A DNA stretch of 63,647 nt, the filler included, from Octopus bimaculoides (lineage: Eukaryota), in NCBI RefSeq assembly GCF_001194135.2. It is 4 parts of 4 records of this genome, joined end to end, with 100 filler letters (N's around TTAATTAATTAA, not from the genome) between each part and the next. Parts side by side here need not be neighbours in the genome. Positions count along the whole stretch, not along the records: positions 1 to 23,170 come from NC_068986.1; 3 more parts are not named here. The stretch is one strand, 5' to 3'. Below, piece by piece: positions 1 to 12,035 of this stretch; position 1 is the stretch's first letter; the number at the start of each line of letters is the position of its first letter. The notes under the pieces were generated by a model. That model was not told the DNA's origin and made no database searches. It saw nothing but the letters and a program-made list of their open reading frames with translations. The translations under genes were made by a program, and so were the position numbers.

Positions 1-400
1 CACCACCACCACCATAACCACCACCATAACCACCACCATATCCACCACCATAACCACCACCATCGCCGCCTTCATGTCACCTCCATCACCGACGCCACTA
101 CTTTCACCACCACATCGACGGAACTTCCACCGACGTCATCACCCATACCACTTATACCACTTACCTCCACCGCCACCACCACTACCATCAACGCTACCAT
201 TATCACTGTTGTCACCACCACCATTGCTATCCCCGTTGCCACCACCATCACCACCAGCATCACCATTATCAATACCACTTCCTACACTACCACCATCACC
301 ACCGGCATCGCCATTATCAATACCACTTCCTACACTACCACCATCACTACCGCCACCTTCAACAACTAGAACATCAACAACAGCAACACGTCTACAAGAA
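1..400. repeat. (CAC/CAT)n-rich low-complexity trinucleotide tract with an internal 48-bp tandem duplication (~253-348)
   Basis: Direct reading; gives Pro/Thr/Val-rich pseudo-ORFs. Confidence 0.9.
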
Positions 401-924
401 ATCTCTGCGTGATCACTCAACTTCCTAGAAATAGCAACCAAATTTCTCTCAAATCACACCCCACACCCTTTATAAAATAATGTAAGTATGCATTACATAA
501 TGTCCGAGATACATTATGATTGAAATAAAGACGGGGTAGCCACGGTGGAAAGTCTTTGATGAAGGGTTTGCTCAATCACAGCTGAGCCGAGGAAAAGGCT
601 ATAATAAGCACAACAAAGTCGGTATATAAAGAGCAACATACCTAGACATGACCTTGACTCTTTCATTCTACTTTCATATGACCTTGGGTTATTCAGTCTA
701 CGTAGATATGACCTTGACTCAATCATGCCAGCTAGACTTTGATCTCCGTTCATTCGAACAAATTCCAGAAAATCGAGAGAGGATGCTCCCACTGGAAACT
801 CTTTGAGTCTGACAGAATTACTGCATACGCTTTCCACCGTTGACGCCCGAGCTTCTTCCATTTTGCATATTTTGCCAGCGTTCTTCTCATGTGCATATAT
901 TTGTGTGAGTGTGTGTATGTGTGT

Positions 925-1155
925 GCTGTACTCTTTCACCACAACTTTCTCTCACTCTTACTTCCTGTTTTCTGTTGTGCCTGTAATTCAAAGGGTCAGC
1001 CTTGTCACACTCTGTGTCACGCTGAATCTTCCCGAGAACTACGTTAAGGGTACACGTGTCTGTGGAGTGCTCAGCCAGTTGCACGTTAATTTTACGAGCA
1101 GGCTGTTCCGTTGATCGGATCATCTGGAACCCTCGTCGTCGTAACCGACGGAGCG
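925..1155 (+). mobile_element. SINE family B body (5' truncated)
   Basis: ctgtactctttcaccacaact...gagaactacgttaagggtacacgtgtctgtggagtgctcagcca...gtcgtaaccgacggag; the same sequence recurs at 12036-12335 (+) and 2822-3000 (-), and its head at 58603. Confidence 0.85.
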
Positions 1156-1550
1156 TATGAAGCACAGTCTGTTACTGCAGCAAGTTACCAAGATCACAAT
1201 CGCAATCACAACCAAGATCATAGTTTCGCGCATGGCACTTACCAAACTAAGTTCAATTTTTACCGATTAAAAATCCTAAAGAGTGTATAAGCTCATATAT
1301 TGAGTTCTATTTCTTTTGTCTGTCCTACCTATACACACACAGGTATACACTCGCTCGCGCGCACGAGTGCAGAATAAAGCATCCATTTTGTCTTGTCACT
1401 GTAATAGCGTCGATTACATATGTTTTACACGTGCTTCACTAGCGAATACTAGTACGTTATGTGGTAACCGTTTCGTAGACAATTACATAATCACATTGGA
1501 ACACCAAATCTTTAGAATAAAATATCAATTTTTAATTTTATATCTGTATT

Positions 1551-1552
<2 letters not shown>

Positions 1553-1595
<43 letters not shown>
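1553..1595. repeat. (CA)n microsatellite running into an N gap
   Basis: Direct reading. Confidence 0.95.
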
Positions 1596-2144
1596 NNNNN
1601 NNNNNNNNNNNNNNNNNNNNNNNNNNNNNNNNNNNNNNNNNNNNNNNNNNNNNNNNNNNNNNNNNNNNNNNNNNNNNNNNNNNNNNNNNNNNNNNNNNNN
1701 NNNNNNNNNNNNNNNNNNNNNNNNNNNNNNNNNNNNNNNNNNNNNNNNNNNNNNNNNNNNNNNNNNNNNNNNNNNNNNNNNNNNNNNNNNNNNNNNNNNN
1801 NNNNNNNNNNNNNNNNNNNNNNNNNNNNNNNNNNNNNNNNNNNNNNNNNNNNNNNNNNNNNNNNNNNNNNNNNNNNNNNNNNNNNNNNNNNNNNNNNNNN
1901 NNNNNNNNNNNNNNNNNNNNNNNNNNNNNNNNNNNNNNNNNNNNNNNNNNNNNNNNNNNNNNNNNNNNNNNNNNNNNNNNNNNNNNNNNNNNNNNNNNNN
2001 NNNNNNNNNNNNNNNNNNNNNNNNNNNNNNNNNNNNNNNNNNNNNNNNNNNNNNNNNNNNNNNNNNNNNNNNNNNNNNNNNNNNNNNNNNNNNNNNNNNA
2101 TATATATATATATATATATATATATAGTTGGAATTTACAAAAAG

Positions 2145-2310
2145 AAAACAAAAGACGAAGGCAGGTGTGTAAACAACAAACAGGTGTATAAGTTTAACGC
2201 CCGGGAAGGTGAGGAAGTCTTTTATGTTTCGAGCCTACGCTCTTCAGCAGAAAGGAACACGAGAAAATAAACAGAGAGAGAATAAAAAAAGCTTTAGTGG
2301 TTAGCGGTCA
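2145..2310 (-). mobile_element. Short dispersed repeat abutting (TA)n, carrying a hammerhead-like core (CTGAAGA...GAAAC); probable Penelope-derived non-autonomous element
   Basis: Homologous copies at 37010-37175 and, partially, 27251-27300; all contain gtttcgagcctacgctcttcagcaga or part of it. Confidence 0.6.
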
Positions 2311-2821
2311 ATTATGGGAATATATATACGTACACAAAGACATCCAGACACACATTCACAACATTCTGCAACTAACTCTCCCATAACAATAAACATAAAC
2401 ATATATGCACAAATAGCTGCAGCATCAATTGCCTCGTTGTTCCCAAACCTATCTGTAGTGGCAAGTGAAAAGAAAAAGGAACTGTAACGATCGTATTCTG
2501 TCCGGTTTTGTTTTGGACAATGAAGAAAATACAACATGCTGAAAGTTCCAGACTGCTACACTGCATAAAATATCCTATAGTATTGCATGTTGTCTCAGTT
2601 TCTAGAGTTAATGTATTTTTAGAAATATATCTACATTGTGGTTACTACAAAACGAGCAAGTACGAAGATGGAGTAGCCAGAAACATTTGGAGTTGTCTCA
2701 GATTTCAATGCTTGCTCGATTGGAGAATACCGTAAGCTAACCACTAATATTTTTCTAACCACATCATTCCCTTCCACTATTTAATTACATAATTATTCTG
2801 TCAAAGATTCTTAATTAAACT

Positions 2822-3000
2822 ATCAATTAATCTGGCACTCTGTCGATTATGACGACGAGTGTTCCAGTTGATTCGTTCAACGAAACAGACTACTCTTGAA
2901 ATTAACGTGCAAATGGCTGAGCACTCCACAGACAAGCGTTCCGTTAACGCAGTTTTCTGTGAGATTCAACGTGACACAGAACGTGTCAAGGCTGGGAGTT
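2822..3000 (-). mobile_element. SINE family B fragment (diverged)
   Basis: Reverse complement of the 925-1155 element. Confidence 0.75.
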
Positions 3001-3019
3001 TGAAATATTAATACTACTC

Positions 3020-3157
3020 ACTTTCCAGCTGAGAGTAAACTGGAACAAAGTGAAATAAAGTGTCTTGCTCAAGGATACAATGTGCTGCCGGGAATCGAAG
3101 GCACGATCTTACAATCGTGAGCTGACATCCTAACCACTAAGCCACATACCTTCACAC
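3020..3157 (-). mobile_element. tRNA-headed SINE fragment with CORE/V-like box
   Basis: Minus strand reads gtggcttagtggttagg (A box) ... ttcgattccc (B box) ... tccttgagcaagacact. Confidence 0.65.
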
Positions 3158-3931
3158 AAATTAACCATTAATGCCATAATGAAAGCGTGATATCTAATTA
3201 GATCTTCCTTGTAGTCCTCAATTCCAGTATGTGAAGATACGGTATATCTGAAATACTGGGCCTGGGACTACCACCAAGTTATTCTACTAGTGTACCATAA
3301 AATGAGTTCAATCAAAGATGACCTGAAGGCACACAGTGGTACACAGCGCCAACACCAGTACAACATAGTGCCACCATAAGGCATCACTGCACCGTCACCA
3401 TAACCCTCATGCAAGATGGAGGGTGACCATACGTAGTCACTTGACCTGCTTAAAATAACAGCTACTAAATCTCCTTCAAACTTCATTCTACCTATTCAAA
3501 AAGAGGTATCCATATATACATACCAAAATAGAGGTTATCCATTTAATCCGATCAGCGCTAGTACTTTGAACAGACAGTTTATTCCGAGTATTCTACGTAA
3601 TTTAACCACCTACACTCTCTTCATGGAATTGACATATGTCAGTGGAATATTTAACGACATGTCGCCTAAAAATATTCAGAGATGTATTAGCTGTCGAGAG
3701 AGCGCATTATGGAAACTCGAACTTGCATACATTACATAATATTACATAAAATTACATATAAAGTTACATAACTGCATTCGTGTTTTGAATAAATATATTA
3801 CGGAAACATGTGTATTAATAACCTTTAAAATCCATTAGTCTTATTTTAATTACTACATTCATATATACATATACATATATATACACATACATACATATGT
3901 GTGTATACACATACATATACAAATGCATATT

Positions 3932-4005
3932 TATGTATGTATGTATGTATGTATGTATGTATGTATGTATGTATGTATGCATATGTGTGTGTATGTATGT
4001 ATGTG
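3932..4005. repeat. (ATGT)n microsatellite
   Basis: Direct reading. Confidence 0.9.
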
Positions 4006-4492
4006 TAAAGTATAATTCGGGTAAACACCTCGTAATGTGCATCTGAGAGCTCTTATATCATTATTTAGCTACCACATATTATCCTACAGTAGAATATATT
4101 CCAGGGCTGGATACACATGCGGAACTCTTCTTTGCATATGATTAATACAAAATAATAAAACACGAGGATGGAGGATATCAGTCTTTAGTAATAGATCACG
4201 ACATTTGTTTCTGCTCCACGCAACAGCTTTAAGTTGATGAGTTTATATTCTTTATAGTTATTATTATATAGTTGAATATTTTTCAGCAACACTCGATGAA
4301 GCGCCCACAAACAGCTCTTTATATACATATATATATATATATATTAACATAGGGTAAAAATCATATATTGATTAATATCGATTAATTACCAGGAAGCTAG
4401 CACATTTAAAGAATCAAAGAGATTCAGAAACAATATCTGCAATCTCAGGGGATTAAAGTATATTTTTATATATAACGTTGACCACTAACGTG

Positions 4493-4699
4493 GACATTCA
4501 ATGTGCTAGAAATAGATCACATCTTGTGTCTACTTAGACCTAAATTGTTCTCAAAACGGAATTTAGCGGGATACCAAAGCGTAAGCGGGCAAGACATTTA
4601 AATTACCTAGAAAATCATTATTAAATAGGTACCGGTTTTGAGAACAATTTAGGTCTTAGTAGACACAAGATGTGATCTATTTCTAGCACATTGAATGTC
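4493..4699. repeat. ~64-bp near-perfect inverted repeat with ~78-bp spacer
   Basis: gacattcaatgtgctagaaatagatcacatcttgtgtctacttagacctaaattgttctcaaaac (4493-~4557) vs its reverse complement at ~4635-4699, one mismatch; right arm abuts an N gap. Confidence 0.9.
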
Positions 4700-5506
4700 N
4701 NNNNNNNNNNNNNNNNNNNNNNNNNNNNNNNNNNNNNNNNNNNNNNNNNNNNNNNNNNNNNNNNNNNNNNNNNNNNNNNNNNNNNNNNNNNNNNNNNNNN
4801 NNNNNNNNNNNNNNNNNNNNNNNNNNNNNNNNNNNNNNNNNNNNNNNNNNNNNNNNNNNNNNNNNNNNNNNNNNNNNNNNNNNNNNNNNNNNNNNNNNNN
4901 NNNNNNNNNNNNNNNNNNNNNNNNNNNTATATATATATATATATTATTGTATCTAGAGAAAGTCATTCTAAATTAGTACCTCATTCTTAAACACACTCAC
5001 CGGTTCGATTTCCATTCATTTATTAAATTTTTCTAAAATTTTCGTTGCGTCTTGCAACCATTTCAACAGTCGTTGACTCTGTCCGTTATCAGAGATGCGT
5101 TCTTTTTGCTTGTTTGTTTGTTTGTTTGTTTGTGCGCATGCGTGTGCGCCAGTGTTCATGTGTAGATACATATTTATGTATGCATGTATGTATGTATTAT
5201 GTATGTGTATGTATGCATGTATGCATGTGTGTGCGTATGCATACATATGTGTAAGCGTGTGTGCATTTGTATGTATGTATGTATTCTACATATTCATGTG
5301 TTTGTGTGTTCATGTTTGTGTTTTTGTATGTGTGTGTCTGTCTGTGTGTGTTTGTATGTGTGTGTATTTGTGTGTGTACCGTCGTCTTCTTGTGTGTGCA
5401 TGTTTGAGTATGTCTATGTGTGTGGGTTTGCGTGACTATGTACGTGCGCCTGTTATGCATGGATGTGTGTCTCCATATGTCTCCTTATGTGTGAAGTGTG
5501 TGCGTA

Positions 5507-5539
<33 letters not shown>

Positions 5540-5830
5540 GACCATGTCTTTCAGTCTTCATTTGTGTATTAAGTGTGGATGTATATATAATATGCTTGTC
5601 TGTTCATATTATCTACGTACCTATCTATCTATTTATCATCTGTTTACTTACATATCCATTTTAACCATTTTCTCACACCGTCTTCGATGAAAAGATATAT
5701 AAAATATCCCGGAAATAGCTGTATGACCTTCTATTTGTAAATGTTCTGAAATCTTTCACAGCCTTGGATTTTTATCTCATTCTGTTGATTTTTATATATA
5801 TACACATGCTGACATACGACCTACGTTGGA

Positions 5831-6192
5831 CTCCTCAACTGGACGTCCTGTTCGATCTTCATCTTCAAGGCTGAAATCTCCACTTCTGAATTCTGCAAAC
5901 TATTTTCTGCAAGTTCTTTCATTCAAGCATTCTTTCCCATAATCTGAGAGTATGTTTCGCGTTGCTTTGACTGCAGAGTTTCCTTTTTTGTACTCATAAA
6001 GCATTATGTGCCTAAAAATGCTCTTTGGATACTTCCATGTTAGAAAGAGTTTTAATCAAAGAAATTTTAATTCTATTATTCTGCAATATAAAAATAATTT
6101 TGAATTCCATTAGACATTCTAAAATACTATTAAATTTCATTCAATTTAAAAAAAGGTAAAATCGGACAGAACTTATGGGACGACCTGATATA
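5831..6192 (-). mobile_element. Mariner (DD34D-type) transposon 5' fragment: TIR plus frameshifted transposase N-terminus
   Basis: Minus strand from ATG at 6038 reads MEVSKEHF/RHIMLYEYKKGNSAVKATRNILSDYGKECLNERTCRK*FAEFRSGDFSLEDEDRTGRPVEE (Mos1/Hsmar-like HTH, 1 frameshift, 1 stop); TIR-like tatcaggtcgtcccataagtt at ~6170-6191. Confidence 0.85.
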
Positions 6193-6649
6193 NNNNNNNN
6201 NNNNNNNNATATATATATATATATATATATATATAAGTCGGTCATTATTGCGATACCTTTTTGATGATAGGTATTCCTAATCTAAGCAGAGACCTGGAGC
6301 TAAACGACCACAACGCCAACAATAACAATAATAACAATAAAGACTATAATACAAAACCAATCATCTTCACCATCAAAACCATTTAGAAAAAGAACCAGGC
6401 ATCTAAACACGATCCCTTTTCATCGCCGTTCATTCACCAGCACCAATACCAATATTGTCACTAATTCCAGGAAGCCTCTCTATAGTCGGTCGATATAGTA
6501 GAAATAGCAGCCAAATCTGACTCTGCATTTTCTTATAATAGGAAGGATATTTTAGATAGTGGAGTCCTAGATAACATGTCTTGAAAATTTGAGGTGGTTA
6601 CGGTGAGAACGTCATTGATTATCGGTTCGCTCACTCAGAGTTAAACAAC

Positions 6650-6777
6650 TGCCTCATCACCATCATCATCATCAGTAGCAGCATCAGTGACACCGGCATC
6701 AGTAATATCATCATCAACACAATCATCATCATCATCATCATCATTATCATCATCATCATCATCATCATCAACACCAC

Positions 6778-6823
<46 letters not shown>

Positions 6824-7060
6824 GTTATCATCATCATCATCATCATCATCATCAACATCATCATCATCATCACCACCACCATCATCATCACCACCACCAT
6901 CATCATCATCATCAACACCATCATCTACATCATCATGATTACCAACATCGCTTTCACCACCAACGTCACCATCACCATCACCAACGCCATCATCATCATC
7001 ATCAACATCACCATTATCATTACGATTACAACCACCACCACCATCACCACTACCATCACC
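6650..7060. repeat. (CAT)n/(CAC)n long trinucleotide microsatellite
   Basis: Direct reading; source of the poly-M and poly-S ORFs. Confidence 0.95.
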
Positions 7061-7389
7061 ACATGTATTAGCTCTACTTCAGTTAATAGCACCACCATGT
7101 CATAAGCAATCAATGTCGGGAATGTTAAATGGATTAGCGCTGAGAGTGAAGGGTGGTGGACAGCGTGCGCCATCTGTTGCGGTCTTTATTGTTTATAAAA
7201 TACAAAACCAGGACAAGGCCGCTAAATATATTGGCCTTTTGTGTTTCTCTAGTGTTTGAATTTGTGAAGAAACAAAGACGTGTGTGTGTGTCTACAGGTA
7301 TTGGTGTAGATGTTTGTAGTCACATGTAAGCACGTGTGTTGCTGCGTGTGCGTGTGCGTGTGTGTGCGTACTATATACATATATAAGAG

Positions 7390-7411
7390 TATAGATAGAT
7401 AGATTTATAGG

Positions 7412-7460
<49 letters not shown>
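7390..7460. repeat. (GATA)n microsatellite
   Basis: Direct reading. Confidence 0.9.
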
Positions 7461-7535
7461 GCTTATGTATACACATAAGCAGATATATATTCATATATAT
7501 ATATATGATAGTGATGATGCAGTTGTTTAACCCTA

Positions 7536-8095
7536 GGTGCCGGAGAGACTGTGTGGTAAGAAGCTTGCTTCCCAGCCCCATGATTCCGGGTTCAGTCCCA
7601 CTGCGTGACACCTTAGTGAAGTGCCTTCAACTAAAGCGTCAGGCCGACTAAAGCCTTGTGAGTGGATTTGATAGACGGAAACTGAAAGAAGCCTGTCATA
7701 TATAAGTATNNNNNNNNNNNNNNNNNNNNNNNNNNNNNNNNNNNNNNNNNNNNNNNNNNNNNNNNNNNNNNNNNNNNNNNNNNNNNNNNNNNNNNNNNNN
7801 NNNNNNNNNNNNNNNNNNNNNNNNNNNNNNNNNNNNNNNNNNNNNNNNNNNNNNNNNNNNNNNNNNNNNNNNNNNNNNNNNNNNNNNNNNNNTATATATA
7901 TATATATATATGCGGTTAACACAACCCCACTATTTACTGACTTTATATATATATGCATGCATGTATGTATTTGTGTGTCTGTGTTTGTCCCCCACCATCG
8001 GTGGACAACCGATGTTGGTGTGTTTACATCCCCGTAAAATAGCGGTTCGGGAAGAGAGACTGATACAATGCATACTAGGCTTACAAAGAATAAAC
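7536..8095 (+). mobile_element. SINE family A (tRNA-derived head, internal (TA)n/(TG)n spanning an N gap)
   Basis: gtgtggtaagaagcttgcttccc...ccgggttcagtcccactgcg...gacggaaactgaaagaag ... tgtttacatccccgtaa...tactaggcttacaaagaataa; more than 10 homologous copies in the window. Confidence 0.9.
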
Positions 8096-8345
8096 GTACC
8101 ACGCTTTCATTAATTGTTTTAGGTGCTTATATAGTCACAAGCTGACATAGACACACTTCTACCCTTGATCCAATATGATATCGACGACGTGACAGCTGAA
8201 GGGAACAAGAGCTGGGCCAGCACTCAGTTGGTAATCGTTTTTAGCTGAGTAGAACTGGAGCAACGTGAAGTGAAGTGTTTTACTCAACGCGCTTCTCAGT
8301 CTAGGAACTGAAGACGATCATTAGCCCAATTCCCAAACCACAAGG

Positions 8346-8470
8346 CTATACACACATACATACACACACACATGGACACTTTTTAACTAATGCCTCCCAG
8401 TTATCCACATTAATCCCTGAAGTTTTCATATTGCCTTGTATCACAACCTTAAATCTCTCCAACTGTTTGA
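8346..8470 (-). mobile_element. RTE-clade LINE 3' fragment
   Basis: Translates KQLERFKVVIQGNMKTSGINVDNWEALVK, matching the post-RT C-terminal motif also seen at 33498-33600. Confidence 0.55.
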
Positions 8471-8942
8471 CAAGATTCTTGTGGGTTGTCCATCTTTCGC
8501 ATCCAGTCATACATATATTCATGCATGCATGCATTCATTTAAACATAAGTTTTTCCGTACATACAAGAAAACATACACACACACCCACACACATGCACAC
8601 ACACACATACACGCACAAAAGCACACATACATACATACATACCATCACAAGAATTGTAAAATTTTGTAGAACTTCCCGAAAGTTTAGCGCTTGAGTATAT
8701 ATGCGCATGTTTAGACATGCAGCTGTATGCATGAGGATACATACATAACACAAAACATACGACTCTACACATGCAAGGACTCCAATTACTGAACACATGC
8801 GCATATATATGCACAAATACCCAGTTGGTGTTGTAATTCCAATGAATTTAGAAACTGGCTTTTTCTCTATTGGCAAGAAATTTTGACGTAAAACCGAACA
8901 ATGACATACATACATACATACATGCATACATACATACATACA

Positions 8943-8974
<32 letters not shown>

Positions 8975-8999
8975 CACATGCGTACATACATAAGGAGAT

Positions 9000-9640
9000 A
9001 GCAAGGGTGAAAACAAGGATTTACAAACTTAATCTACGTTGATCTGTAGAGTATGTGTAGTACGATGTGGGCTATTTTATTAATGGTTATTTTATTGAGT
9101 ATAAGTTCCATAGAGTGAGTGTGCTGTTTGAGTCGTACTATCAAATTGAAAGAGTCTTGTCGAAGATGTGAGTTATACCTAAGTTATATTCAGTCTATGT
9201 GTAACGTTCTGAGCCCTGGATTGGCTTGCATGTTTATATTTTTAATCATAACTAATCTTCCAGTTATTATTATGCTTTTATTATAACGCAGGCCATCCCA
9301 CGTGAGTTTCAAGATCCATAGTTTCGCTAACTCTTTTGAACATTATTTTGGCCAGAAATTACCGAGATGTCTATCGCTCTGTATTTGTTCCAGTTATTTA
9401 AACGGTTTACCTTGATATTTTTGTTAGCCTAACATCATTGTGGCCAGATCAAATCATATATTGTATTCAAGATGGTTATACCATTGCTTGTCTGTTTTCA
9501 GGTCGGCATACCTTAACATATTGCTCAATGGACAGCTACCAACTGATCATTAGGACTCAACTGGGCAGCCGGGTATGACATAGTCAGTCAGCTTTCTCAT
9601 TTCATTGATTCCATAATCCGAACTTGATGTTAGATTCTTT
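9000..9640 (-). mobile_element. Highly decayed apurinic-endonuclease (RTE-like LINE) remnant
   Basis: Minus-strand fragments IKFGLWN, YMI*SG and FKRVSE resemble APE N-terminal motifs (xGTWNV, YWSG, xxISER); many stops. Confidence 0.35.
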
Positions 9641-9989
9641 TTTTGCTATTCCATTTCATGGTTATTTGTAAATAGGCATCCAATGTCTAGCGGTATTTAT
9701 TCTGTGCTTTGTTCGCTGAATTCAAATACTACCATGGTCAAATTTACCCTTTTGGGAGTCGACAAAAATGTACCAGTCTAGAGTAGTAGATTGGTAGAAC
9801 TGTTAGAACGTTGGACACGTGGATTTAGAACTTGCGCCTATTTAGGCCTTGTGGATTTGTGGATTTAGGCCTTTGTTCCTAAATCAGAAATTATCAAGGC
9901 CCGTGGATAAGTAGAAGCTTTAAACCGTTGGAAAAAAAAAATGCATTGTTGTGTACCGGCTCTTTACATTCTCAACAAATCAATTTACA

Positions 9990-11400
9990 CTCAGTATTGA
10001 ATTTGTTTATAAACATCCAAGGTAAACAAAATATACACTAAATGTATTCGATATAATAACCTTCTGCAACTTCTACAACCAAAGAATTCGCTAAACATCA
10101 TTCTATCATCACAGATGATGACATACAAATAATGATTCATACAAGAAAACGAATTCACACGATAAAAATATAGTTTATAGATTTTCGATATAAGCATAAG
10201 AGCAAGAAATTTCGTAGAAATTACTAATTTGATGGGTTTATGTATTCAAAACTTAATCCACGATAAATTCCACTCTAATAACAGTGGAATTTATAGCGAT
10301 TACGGATTAATTTCCAAAAATATGATCAGATAACAAGCAGATAAATTTAACAAAAAATCTAATCAACAAATTGAATTTAAACATTACAGTAATAACCGTA
10401 AAATATTCAATTCGTTAGATGTAACATTTAATCTTGACCCTTTTAGTGCGAAAATCCAATATATCCACTCAAAACTGTAGAGGACAGTTATTTGTTTGTT
10501 TGTTTGTTTGTTTGTTTGTTTGTTTGTTTGTTTGATTTTTGTTTTTGTTTTTAATACCAATCTATCGTTTGTTGAAAGTCATGCTTGAAAGTATTTTTGT
10601 TAAGGTATGTAAAGTTTATCGAGGCAACGTGACTTGCAGAAAATACCAATCTGAGTTTGTTTGTTTGTTTTGTTTTGTTTTGTTTTTGTTTTGGGTTCCT
10701 TTTGCTTATATTTAACATCATTACTAGAATAACCATGAAATTTAATTACGTAGTTCAAGGGGTAATAACAAAGTCCAACCATACATTAAACCAAACGATT
10801 GAAGACAAAATATACATTATCATATAAAGTATATTATTCTATATACGTGGGTTTTATTATGCGTTCGCATCCACCGGATGTAAACATCTCAGATATATTC
10901 TGTAATCATCACAATATAAACCTATAAACATCGTAAATATACACTCAAACATACAATCAATAAAAGAAATCAATGGGTTATATGGTTTAATCCATAACAT
11001 TCAGGCTATCGGCATCCGATGGGGAAATAATTTATCCATCTTGTAAGAATGCACTTATCTCCTGGACATAAAGATAGTAACATATTCAACCCTAGCTGGC
11101 TTAAAATCAAGCAATTAATATTAATATTGCTCATTCCCTATCGTTGGTTAATTATGGAAATGCAAAGAATGATTTTAATTACGAAACCCAAATAACAGTA
11201 GTACGTAAAAATGTAATTGGCCATTTGCCACTCTTATATAAGACAAGGGTAACGGCATCAAAACGCCATTTATTCATTCAGACTCAGTCAAGTCAATCAT
11301 TAGTCAGACAGGTGTATATTACATCGGATCAGATGCAAATCTATTTAAATTATAATATTACCAGTATAATCACATTTTCAGAAGTTTACAGAGACTGTTC
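9990..11400 (+). mobile_element. Penelope-like retroelement fossil (RT, thumb, likely GIY-YIG), interrupted by (TTTG)n and a possibly inverted fragment
   Basis: Plus-strand fragments KEFAKHHSIITDDDIQIMIHTRK; VEITNLMGLCIQNLIHDKFHSNNSGIYSDYGL (decayed GLYRDDGL); FNSLDVTFNL; KRNQWVIWFNP*...GK*FIHLVRMHLSPGHKDSNIFN; LLYKTRV. These occur in the order expected for a PLE ORF. Confidence 0.75.
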
Positions 11401-11454
11401 GACACTATCTCTGCAGCTTAAATTTAGTATTTCAAAATAATAACTCAGCATAAG

Positions 11455-11456
<2 letters not shown>

Positions 11457-11514
<58 letters not shown>
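11457..11514. repeat. (CA)n microsatellite running into an N gap
   Basis: Direct reading. Confidence 0.95.
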
Positions 11515-12035
11515 NNNNNNNNNNNNNNNNNNNNNNNNNNNNNNNNNNNNNNNNNNNNNNNNNNNNNNNNNNNNNNNNNNNNNNNNNNNNNNNNNNNNNN
11601 NNNNNNNNNNNNNNNNNNNNNNNNNNNNNNNNNNNNNNNNNNNNNNNNNNNNNNNNNNNNNNNNNNNNNNNNNNNNNNNNNNNNNNNNNNNNNNNNNNNN
11701 NNNNNNNNNNNNNNNNNNNNNNNNNNNNNNNNNNNNNNNNNNNNNNNNNNNNNNNNNNNNNNNNNNNNNNNNNNNNNNNNNNNNNNNNNNNNNNNNNNNN
11801 NNNNNNNNNNNNNNNNNNNNNNNNNNNNNNNNNNNNNNNNNNNNNNNNNNNNNNNNNNNNNNNNNNNNNNNNNNNNNNNNNNNNNNNNNNNNNNNNNNNN
11901 NNNNNNNNNNNNNNNNNNNNNNNNNNNNNNNNNNNNNNNNNNNNNNNNNNNNNNNNNNNNNNNNNNNNNNNNNNNNNNNNNNNNNNNNNNNNNNNNNNNN
12001 NNNNNNNNNNNNNNNNNNNNNNNNNNNNNNNNNNG

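Noticed and set aside
424-460. Recurrent ctagaaatagcagccaaat motif (also ~3450, 6498, 19500, 30327, 33930, 49738, 56368) as a conserved regulatory element
   Set aside because: It recurs with similar flanks in both orientations, consistent with an abundant old MITE/SINE fragment.
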